Shown in pieces: positions 24,760 through 32,000 of a stretch of DNA of 32,000 nucleotides. This DNA is from Candidatus Jordarchaeales archaeon (GTDB lineage Archaea; Asgardarchaeota; Jordiarchaeia; Jordiarchaeales; Freyrarchaeaceae), in NCBI GenBank assembly GCA_038889235.1, contig JAWAHN010000002.1, forward strand, positions 284,356 to 316,355, in the 5' to 3' direction. Numbering within the stretch: position 1 is the stretch's first letter; each line of letters opens with the position of its first letter. Position numbers and translations under genes: made by a program. The notes beneath the pieces were generated by a model, which saw nothing but the letters and a program-made list of their open reading frames with translations, searched no databases and was not told where the DNA came from.

Positions 24760-25404
24760 ATGTTTGAAGCGGTAGTTAAAGTTGGGGGTAGTCTCACCCG
24801 TTCAAAGCGAGTCTTTACACGTCTTTGCTCCACTCTCTCCGAGTTAGGGAAACGCCACAGATTGCTTTTTATTCCCGGTGGAGGCTCCTTCGCCGACGAG
24901 GTGAGAAAGGCATACAAAAGGTTTGGGTTGAGTGAAACGACAGCTCATTGGATGGCTCTAATGGCCATGAACCAGTTTGGCTTAATGCTTGCAGAACTTA
25001 TAGGAGTAGAAGCTGTAGAATTCATAACTCACGACCGGACAGTGGTGCTTCTCCCTTTCAAACTAATCTTCGAAGAAGACCCCCTCCCTCACTCCTGGGA
25101 AGCAACATCAGACTCCGTAGCTACATACATTGCTTGCAAGATTCACGCTCCGAAACTCGTACTGCTTAAGGACGTCGATGGAGTATTTTCCGCAGATCCA
25201 AAGAAAAGTAGTGATGCGAGGCTGCTGGAGAATCTTAAAGCGGAAGACCTCTTGTCCTTAGGTATCCCGACATGTGTAGACCCAGTGTCTCCCAGAATAC
25301 TAACCCGCTGTAAGGTTGAAGCATGGGTTATAAACGGAAAACACCCTGAAAGACTTGCAGAACTCCTTTCAAAAGGGAAAACTATAGGAACAAGAATCTG
25401 CTAG
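24760..25404 (+). CDS. mfnE: Amino-acid-kinase-family protein, probable [5-(aminomethyl)furan-3-yl]methyl phosphate kinase (methanofuran synthesis)
   Basis: Motifs VKVGGSL, PGGGSFADEVR, AHWMALMAMNQFG, LPHSWEATSDS and KDVDG; located near mfnB. Confidence 0.72.
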   Translation: MFEAVVKVGGSLTRSKRVFTRLCSTLSELGKRHRLLFIPGGGSFADEVRKAYKRFGLSETTAHWMALMAMNQFGLMLAELIGVEAVEFITHDRTVVLLPFKLIFEEDPLPHSWEATSDSVATYIACKIHAPKLVLLKDVDGVFSADPKKSSDARLLENLKAEDLLSLGIPTCVDPVSPRILTRCKVEAWVINGKHPERLAELLSKGKTIGTRIC

Positions 25405-25420
25405 ATTTGCAACACTATTT

Positions 25421-26125
25421 TCACGTAACCTTCAGTAGACTGTCAGGGTTCTCCAACGCCCTCTTTATAGGTGGGGTAAGCCAGAATACTCCAGCCCTCC
25501 AGTCGACTTCAACGTACCCCCTTAATTCGAGCCAGTTGAGCACCCTCCTCACAGATGACAGATCAAAGTTCATCATGTTTGCGAAACGACTGATGCCTCC
25601 AGCTTCCCCCTCAAACTTGTTAAGCAGGTTTAACAGCGGAGCTGCTTTTCTTATTATTGACACAAGCAGCAATCTTAACGCATACGGAAGGTTTAACCCA
25701 GTTAAGGCGCTAGTCGCGATTACGGGAACTTCATCTGGGATCCCAAAAACCTTCCTCACCACTTCTGGGGGGCGCGCTCCGTCCAGGTCCTGTTTGTTGG
25801 CAAGATACACGCGCACAGTATTGGGGAGAAACTCGTCCACCTCCCTCATCACGGCAATAGCCTCACCGTCTGATCCGGGGTTAGCGCTATCAATTACGAA
25901 AAGCACTCCGTCAGTTCCTTTCGAGAGAATTTCCCTTAAAATCTTAAAGTGTTTCATACCAGGAGTTCCGAAGAGGTGGATCTTTAACCCCTCAATGTCC
26001 GTTCTTCCGTAATCTAGGGCGACAGTGGTTCCATGTTTATCCACATGAATACTTTTCCCGCCTGAAAGGAACCTCACAATATTAGACTTACCCGAATGGT
26101 GTCCTCCAACAACCAGCACTTTCAA
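25421..26125 (-). CDS. MglA-like small GTPase with C-terminal winged-helix-like extension
   Basis: G1 GGHHSGKS, TTVALDYG, G3 GTPG, G4 NKQD, G5 SAL. The tail ISRFANMMNFDLSSVRRVLNWLELRGYVEVD...VFWLT is wHTH-like. Confidence 0.8.
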   Translation of the reverse strand: MKVLVVGGHHSGKSNIVRFLSGGKSIHVDKHGTTVALDYGRTDIEGLKIHLFGTPGMKHFKILREILSKGTDGVLFVIDSANPGSDGEAIAVMREVDEFLPNTVRVYLANKQDLDGARPPEVVRKVFGIPDEVPVIATSALTGLNLPYALRLLLVSIIRKAAPLLNLLNKFEGEAGGISRFANMMNFDLSSVRRVLNWLELRGYVEVDWRAGVFWLTPPIKRALENPDSLLKVT

Positions 26126-26217
26126 CCTGCCACACCATCACCGAATTTTTCACCAACTAACGGGGGACCGATGCGGGTTAAATCAAGCACAAGACGTCCC
26201 TAAAAACTCTTTGCCGC

Positions 26218-26952
26218 TCAGATCCCCACGCACCTTGGACAAGCCCCCCTAACTACCTCAACTAGTTCCCTCACCTTCGAACTTGTTATACGTCCCCTCA
26301 ACCTATCATTTCCATCACACGCGGCCCCCCTCACTCCGACTATGTCTGCTCCCAGCTTAGCAATCAACGGTAGCTCTTCTTTTCGAAGAGATCCAGCTAG
26401 GGCAACACTTAACCCTCTACTCTTTGCAAGTGAAACGAACCGAGTTATCCCACTTTCCCCCCAAAGGTCAACTAAACTGTTGCCATCCTTAACCGCAGTG
26501 TCAACCATAGCAACGTCGGCGCCAGCCTCCTCAACAACCGCCGGGATTAAAAACGGGTCTATTGCACCAACCCTCGCTGCATCAGCGTATCCGGCTATAA
26601 CTACCTTGACAGCTGGGCTAAATTCCTTAACCGCCCTAACAACTTGCTTAGACAAGTAGACTGCATCCTCAAACCTACTTACACCGTAAAGACCAACTTT
26701 CACGTAGTCTACACCACAAACTGCAGCCCCCAAAGCCGCAAGGGCAATTGTACCCGGCTTGAAAGGCACATCACCAACTGTAGCGCTCACCTCAACGCTT
26801 CTTGGAACAACTTTGCGCACCCTCCGGATAACCCAAGGAAAGTTAGCTCCAAGAGATCCCTCCGAAGGATTCTTAACGTCTATGATGTCTGCGCCTCCTG
26901 CAACGGCCTCTAAGGCCTCAACTTCATCAATAGGACTCACTAGAAGCTTCAC
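26218..26952 (-). CDS. mfnB: (5-formylfuran-3-yl)methyl phosphate synthase
   Basis: Motifs LLVSP, ADIIDVKNPSEGSLGA, YVKVGL, MVDTAVKDG, LAGSL and VGVRGAAC. The start is placed at GTG 26952. Confidence 0.92.
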   Translation of the reverse strand: MKLLVSPIDEVEALEAVAGGADIIDVKNPSEGSLGANFPWVIRRVRKVVPRSVEVSATVGDVPFKPGTIALAALGAAVCGVDYVKVGLYGVSRFEDAVYLSKQVVRAVKEFSPAVKVVIAGYADAARVGAIDPFLIPAVVEEAGADVAMVDTAVKDGNSLVDLWGESGITRFVSLAKSRGLSVALAGSLRKEELPLIAKLGADIVGVRGAACDGNDRLRGRITSSKVRELVEVVRGACPRCVGI

Positions 26953-27027
26953 AAAACCACCCAGTTTAAAAAATCGCCACACCTTTCTATTTAATCTTTC
27001 TTTTTTTATGAACGAAGATTAAATATG

Positions 27028-27098
27028 TGCAGACTCGACACTCAAGATCCTCATCATTCCTTAAAAGGTCCGCGGGGTCAGACCTCTCATCGTCTGCA
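27028..27098 (-). ncRNA. Candidate box C/D guide sRNA
   Basis: Minus strand: TGCAGAC/GTCTGCA terminal stem; C ACGATGA; 14-nt guide; D' CGGA; CCT-TTTA-AGG mini-hairpin; C' ATGATGA; 12-nt guide; D variant TCGA. A TATA-like AAAGTATT lies about 26 nt upstream. Confidence 0.6.
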
Positions 27099-27173
27099 AG
27101 AAAAAACATGGTCCACTAAAAGAAATACTTTTCTCTCATTAGAATAGTGGTGGAGAAAAACAGCAGCACTCGG

Positions 27174-27200
27174 AAACAAAAAGAAAGAGAAAGAAGAGGG
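27174..27200 (-). terminator. Pyrimidine/oligo-U tract after cdhA
   Basis: The minus strand reads CCCTCTTCTTTCTCTTTCTTTTTGTTT just after the cdhA stop, typical of archaeal intrinsic termination. Confidence 0.5.
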
Positions 27201-27205
27201 CTCGC

Positions 27206-29563
27206 TTACTTCTTGCGTACGAGTCTCGGCAACAACGTTGGGTCTGGGATTTCCGTCGGCTTCCAGCCTCTATCTTTCAACTCGCGTAAGAGGTCTTCCT
27301 TGTAAGTGATCGGAATGTCGCCTTCCACTCTGATGAACTTGTGGATGTCGTCTGGCCACTCTTTGCCAAGATACTTTCTGGTGAGGTCGATGTAGTGGCT
27401 TAGCTTAATCTGCCTTCCTTTAGTCGTGTCGTTTGGTCTCAGGCACAGTTTGGCTGTGAGAACAATGCATTCCTCTTTTGTCTCAGCTACCACTATCAAG
27501 TGCTCAGGTGTCGGTCCAACGTAAACTTTTTCGCCCGTCCTAGCGTTGTACACGTACCAGTCGTCGTCGATATCGCTTCTGCCTAAGTACTGCCGCCTAT
27601 ACTTGGCTCCGTGCGGCCCAACTATAACTGGTATACCCCACATGTTGACTCCAGTTGCAATACTTGCAGCTTTCTGCGAGTAGGCGCCCCATGCTACACC
27701 GACAGCGCCCACACGGTTGAGAATGTAGTCTGCTATCTCCTCAAAGTTTCCTCTTAGGTTTCTTCTGGCAAAGATGCTTGCTATCTTCACTGCGGCTCCG
27801 ACTATGTGGGAGTTCGCTACACATGAGCCAACGTTGACTAGGCCTCCAGCGTCAAAGACGCCAGGATACTTCTCGTAAAGTGTTAATCCCTCCTCATCTC
27901 TGTACCTGCCTAGGTCCATGGCAGCGCAACCGCTGGCTACCACAATGTACCTTCTTTTCAGGAATTCCTCTGCCATCTCGATGAGGTCCTTGTGCCCGTT
28001 TGGATAGTTAGCACAACCAACATAAGCTATAACGCCTGGAATTTCGCCAAGCACTATAGGTGAGCCAACAGTTCTAATTTCAGTGTCTCTTATCGGCCCT
28101 CTCCCAGTCCGCACCTTGTACTTATCTTCCTTAATCTGTTTCTCAGCCGCTTTAACTATGAGGTCGTGTACAGGTATATCTTGTGGACAAACCTGGCTGC
28201 ACCTGTTGCATGAGACACACGCCTCATACAAGTCTGCAAGCTTGTTGAGGTTTCCTTCGGCAGCAGCTTTAACGGCGTAACCGGTTGGCAAATCTTCTGG
28301 ACAAGCCCTTTGGCAAGTGTGGCAGAGAGTGCACTTGGAGGCGAGCTTAACAAGCTCCTCCTTGTCGGGTATTATCTTGTATTTCTTCCTCAAGGGTGCT
28401 AGTTTCATCGCCACCTTAACAGCTACTTCGCCAGCCTTCTCTGGGTCAGATATGAAGACGCCATTATTCGTCTGGCTGAGCGCTCCCTTAACCAAGTCCT
28501 CCACTATAGCGTCAACAGGGTCGTTCGTTCTGTCAGGTAGCCCTCCGATATTCTTGTCGGTTGTAGCTATGAACGCAGCTTTAACCTTCCTGGCTTCGAG
28601 GAGCACGTCAGTTCGTATGCACTGCTCGTCCACCATGACTACGTCGGGTGCACCAGACCTAATGTACCTCAGTTGCTTGCTTATTGTACCAACAATCTTG
28701 TACCTTGCATCATACCTCGTAATATCCCACGCCGTGCAGCATATACCTGCAACTTCGACATTGTCTTCTAAACCGTGCTCACGCAAGTAATCTATTATGC
28801 CAACTGAGGGTATGACGTTGTGCCCTATGACCAGTATCACGGGCTTTTCAAGGTCTACTACACCCATACCTATTTCAACCAGAGGCGCTTCAGGATCCCC
28901 TTTCGGGAACCCGAGGGTTGTTATTTGAATTATGTCCGCTACTTCCATCGCCAAAGTGTCCATCAAGCCGATGTGGAGCGCTTTGGCTTCGAAATCGAGG
29001 AAATTGCTTTCCTGGCCTGTGTGAGTTGCAGACAAGCAGTGAAGCACTTGCTCTTGAACATAATCGAGTACCGGAATGAAGTCCCTGAGAGTCTTCGGCC
29101 TAATCCCACAAACAGTCCTCGTTATCGGTGCCTCGACAGCTATATCGTCGCCCAGGTTTATTGGATAGTCCGGCCCGTATCTGCGGATTAGCTCATCAAG
29201 CATGTGTCTGGCGTGTCCAGCGTGGGCAGAGCAACCGATAAGACACGCCAAAAGGACTATGCGTCCTTGCTGATCTCCAATGTTTATTCCGCAGGCACCC
29301 CTCTTACCGGCAGTTAGGTCACAATGGCCGAAGGTACATAGACAGCATTTGTCACAGAATGGTGCGTAAAACGGTTTGTAACGTTTTAAAAGAGTGTGCG
29401 CCCAGTTTCTAGTGGTGAGCAAGTTAGGGAACGGCATTGGTCCCTGCGGTTCCCACTCTTCCTCTTCTTCAATTATCTCTCCTATGTACATTTCGAGGTT
29501 CTTGAACGAAGCCATCCCTGTGCTCAGTGAGTCGGCCTTTATCTTCGCGGCAGGCCTAACCAT
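27206..29563 (-). CDS. cdhA: CO dehydrogenase/acetyl-CoA synthase complex alpha subunit (archaeal type)
   Basis: Motifs CDKCCLCTFGHC, RGACG, AHAGHARH, GHN, ICCTA, DEQC, two extra 4Fe-4S motifs (CTLCHTCQRACP, CVSCNRCSQVCP), GCANY, SGCAA and GSCV. The start is placed at ATG 29563 after GGAGGG. Confidence 0.96.
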   Translation of the reverse strand: MVRPAAKIKADSLSTGMASFKNLEMYIGEIIEEEEEWEPQGPMPFPNLLTTRNWAHTLLKRYKPFYAPFCDKCCLCTFGHCDLTAGKRGACGINIGDQQGRIVLLACLIGCSAHAGHARHMLDELIRRYGPDYPINLGDDIAVEAPITRTVCGIRPKTLRDFIPVLDYVQEQVLHCLSATHTGQESNFLDFEAKALHIGLMDTLAMEVADIIQITTLGFPKGDPEAPLVEIGMGVVDLEKPVILVIGHNVIPSVGIIDYLREHGLEDNVEVAGICCTAWDITRYDARYKIVGTISKQLRYIRSGAPDVVMVDEQCIRTDVLLEARKVKAAFIATTDKNIGGLPDRTNDPVDAIVEDLVKGALSQTNNGVFISDPEKAGEVAVKVAMKLAPLRKKYKIIPDKEELVKLASKCTLCHTCQRACPEDLPTGYAVKAAAEGNLNKLADLYEACVSCNRCSQVCPQDIPVHDLIVKAAEKQIKEDKYKVRTGRGPIRDTEIRTVGSPIVLGEIPGVIAYVGCANYPNGHKDLIEMAEEFLKRRYIVVASGCAAMDLGRYRDEEGLTLYEKYPGVFDAGGLVNVGSCVANSHIVGAAVKIASIFARRNLRGNFEEIADYILNRVGAVGVAWGAYSQKAASIATGVNMWGIPVIVGPHGAKYRRQYLGRSDIDDDWYVYNARTGEKVYVGPTPEHLIVVAETKEECIVLTAKLCLRPNDTTKGRQIKLSHYIDLTRKYLGKEWPDDIHKFIRVEGDIPITYKEDLLRELKDRGWKPTEIPDPTLLPRLVRKK

Positions 29564-29717
29564 TATAGCCCTCCACTCAGCTCTCAACTTCAAGTCAACA
29601 AAAGTACATTTTTATTTTAAAAGTTTCGTTATAATGCTTCTGGGAAGAAGCGCCTTCAAATTATTTGGTTAAAAGAAAAATTAAAATGACGTTTTCCAAT
29701 GTGAACGCGCAAAAACG

Positions 29718-30599
29718 TTATAGTCCGAGCTCCTTTAGGTATATGAAGTACTTCCCCAGTTTCCCCTGGTAGTTTCCAGCTGTTATTTTAACTACACCGG
29801 GCATCTCTATTGCCGCTTTAATTCCTTCTTTCATTGCTTGTTTTACTTGGTCTAGTGTAAGTCCGTTTATCACTATTTCATAGACGCAGCCAACCCCTTC
29901 TGGTATCTCACTGTCCCCAACAACTCCCTTAAGAGTCGGACACAACTTGTGGTTGGTTGTCGCCTTCATGAACTTGTACTTCAGCGAGCCTACTTTGCTG
30001 CCGCTCCTGCATATTCCTCCAGGGAATGGGAGTATAACGTTGTCCACCTTTCGTATGGCTTCCACAGCTGCCTCGGCTGCAGCCAGCCCCTTCTCCCAGT
30101 TCTCCGCTAGTATCATGAAGTTTCCGCCCGCAACACCCTTCCTTATCCCTAAAGTTTCCTCTATTTTAAAAACTCCCTCCATGACTGGTATCTCGTGTAT
30201 CGTCCTCCCTTTAAGTTCAGTTTTCGTTTGGAACCCGTCTCCGAAGTACCTCATTTTAGCCCCTGTGTCGAGTTTCTCCTCGGGCTCTGGCATAGCGTCA
30301 AAAACAGCTGTTGTCGGACAGGTGAGTACACACTGTCCCAGTCTGTTCAAAAGCACGTGGTCGAGGTTCTTCTTGGGGGCGAAAAACATCACCACTACGC
30401 CTGGTCTACCGTCAGGGGTTTCAGATGCCGGAACAGCTTTTTCTATTCCAGCTTCGGCGTCACACCCTATCATGGACGTCGCGTACCCTGCAGCCACGGA
30501 CGCCGCAGTTCTAGCCCATTTCTCACTTGCAGCTGTTATGAGAACTCTGGCAGCCCAAAGGCTGAACGCCTCGGCAAAGGTATCTTCTATTACGACCAA
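29718..30599 (-). CDS. ftr: Formylmethanofuran-tetrahydromethanopterin N-formyltransferase
   Basis: Motifs IEDTFAEAF, TPDGRPG, GQCVLTCPTTA, GVAGGNF, FPGGICRSGSKVGS and ITAGNYQGKLG. Confidence 0.96.
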   Translation of the reverse strand: MVVIEDTFAEAFSLWAARVLITAASEKWARTAASVAAGYATSMIGCDAEAGIEKAVPASETPDGRPGVVVMFFAPKKNLDHVLLNRLGQCVLTCPTTAVFDAMPEPEEKLDTGAKMRYFGDGFQTKTELKGRTIHEIPVMEGVFKIEETLGIRKGVAGGNFMILAENWEKGLAAAEAAVEAIRKVDNVILPFPGGICRSGSKVGSLKYKFMKATTNHKLCPTLKGVVGDSEIPEGVGCVYEIVINGLTLDQVKQAMKEGIKAAIEMPGVVKITAGNYQGKLGKYFIYLKELGL

Positions 30600-30763
30600 T
30601 CTTAAAACCCTCCCTTCCGAGTTTAACCTAACTTTTTTAAATCTCTCTCATTTAATAGGTTTGCGCTTCTTATGGCCTCTTCCGGAGAAAATAGTGAAGA
30701 AAAACTTTTTTAGTTCATTGCTTCCCTTTTTGAGAGAATTCGCCGCATCTCTAGGTGGTTGTT

Positions 30764-31597
30764 ATGAGCGTCGTTAAAGTATGTGTTTTAAAGGCTGGAA
30801 ATATAGGTTCCGCCCCGCTACTGGAACTCCTGCTAGACGAAAGGGCTGACAGGAATGACATAGACGTGAGAGTTATCAGCTCTGGAGCTAAGCTTAACCC
30901 TGAGCAAGCCGAAGAGATCGCTGAGAAAGTTTTCGAGTTTAAACCGGATCTTGTAATCGTCGTGAGTCCAAACGCTGCACTTCCAGGGCCAAGCAAGATA
31001 AGGGAAGTAATGGCTAAAGCTGGGGTGCCAACCATAGTCATAACGGATGCTCCAGGGAAGAGGGCTAAGGAGGATATAGAAGGAAAGAAGCAGGGATACA
31101 TCATAGTCAACGCGGACGCTATGATAGGCGCGAGGAGAGAGTTCCTCGACCCAGTTGAAATGGCTTTGTTCAACGCAGACGTCATAAAGGTCCTAGCGAT
31201 AACTGGCGCTCTCTCGGTAATATACCGGGAGATTGATAAGGTCATAGACTCGATAAAGAAGGGAGTAACACCCGAACTGCCAAGGATTATAGTCGACAAG
31301 GAAGTAGCTGTCGAGGCAGCGGGCTTCAGCAACCCCTACGCTAAAGCCAAAGCTATGGCTGCATACGAGGCGGCTTCTAAAGTGGCAGACCTCAACGTTG
31401 AAGGATGCTTTAAGGTGCAAGAGCCGGAAAGATACATACCAATAATTGCAGCCGCTCACGAGCTAATGAGGAAAGCAGCACTGCTTGCTGATGAGGCCAG
31501 AGAGCTCGAAAAGTCGGGTGACACCGTCTTCAGAATGCCGCACAAGAAATCGGGCGAGTTGGTCTCCAAGAGAAAGCTTCTAGAGAAACCAGCATAA
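30764..31597 (+). CDS. mtd: F420-dependent methylene-H4MPT dehydrogenase
   Basis: Motifs KAGNIG, DERADR, SSGAKL, SPNAALPGP, DAMIGARREFLDPVEMALFNAD, FSNPYAKAKA and AAAHE. Start ATG 30764. Confidence 0.96.
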   Translation: MSVVKVCVLKAGNIGSAPLLELLLDERADRNDIDVRVISSGAKLNPEQAEEIAEKVFEFKPDLVIVVSPNAALPGPSKIREVMAKAGVPTIVITDAPGKRAKEDIEGKKQGYIIVNADAMIGARREFLDPVEMALFNADVIKVLAITGALSVIYREIDKVIDSIKKGVTPELPRIIVDKEVAVEAAGFSNPYAKAKAMAAYEAASKVADLNVEGCFKVQEPERYIPIIAAAHELMRKAALLADEARELEKSGDTVFRMPHKKSGELVSKRKLLEKPA

Positions 31598-31677
31598 AAA
31601 GCCTCTCCCTACCTTTTCCCTCCACAGTTAGTTTTCTAAGTTTACCTGCACGAGATGAATGAGAAAGGTGAGGGCTG

Positions 31678-31968
31678 TTGCTTTCGAAAATCCCTATCAA
31701 GTTAGATAAGGTTAACAAAGAAAATACTAACCGGGAAGTGTTGCGCGTCGCCATGATCGCTGAGTTGGATGCAATCAACCTATACGAGCAACTCGCAGCG
31801 ATGACAGAAGATGTAAACCTGAGGAAGCTTCTTCTAGACGTGGCTAAGGAAGAGAAGACGCATTTTGGTGAATTCCAAGCTTTGCTTTTGAGGCTCGATG
31901 GCGAGCAGGTTAAGGAGCTTGAGGAAGGACGCAAAGAAGTTGATGAGCTCATCGGGAAGAAGTCTTAG
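31678..31968 (+). CDS. Small ferritin-like (encapsulin-cargo Flp/EncFtn-type) protein
   Basis: Di-iron motifs IAELDAINLYEQ and EEKTHFGEF. GGTGAGG SD before the TTG start. Confidence 0.85.
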   Translation: MLSKIPIKLDKVNKENTNREVLRVAMIAELDAINLYEQLAAMTEDVNLRKLLLDVAKEEKTHFGEFQALLLRLDGEQVKELEEGRKEVDELIGKKS

Positions 31969-32000
31969 GGCATCTCACTTAGCGCCACCTCTAAGATCTC

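Noticed and set aside
29947-30777. 276-aa plus-strand ORF
   Set aside because: Antisense shadow of the well-supported ftr gene with no recognisable motifs. The same applies to the other antisense ORFs inside identified genes (e.g. 25407-26012, 30751-31332, 6094-6591).
31965-32000. Possible 3' end of a minus-strand gene (EILEVALSEMP-stop)
   Set aside because: Only 11 codons are visible, too few to call.

Overview
Archaeal chromosomal window, read by eye without database searches. Several longin/uDENN-like proteins and a longin-small GTPase fusion point to an Asgard archaeon (inference). It also carries H4MPT/methanofuran Wood-Ljungdahl genes (cdhA, ftr, F420-mtd, mfnB, mfnE). Housekeeping content: pyrD (partial), nop5-fibrillarin, DUF61, uppS, pyrE, tbp, a lysC-ACT-hom-thrC operon, ade, DGGGP synthase, PhoU-like regulator, rubredoxin, LrpA, nadX and a ferritin-like protein. 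No CRISPR array or mobile element was seen. The best candidate novel system is a three-gene operon at 4647-6977: a uDENN/longin + winged-helix protein, a longin-Arf/Rab-like GTPase, and a small amphipathic-helix/coiled-coil protein, with a stand-alone uDENN/longin paralog at 11972. Other highlights: (1) an Ala/Pro tandem-repeat protein ending in a WH2-like helix; (2) a tRNA-Val(TAC) with a non-canonical 30/31 intron; (3) an unannotated box C/D-like sRNA at 27028-27098; (4) an NADP-type Mtd fused to a TraB/ChaN-like domain; (5) a hairpin sequestering the nop5 start codon.
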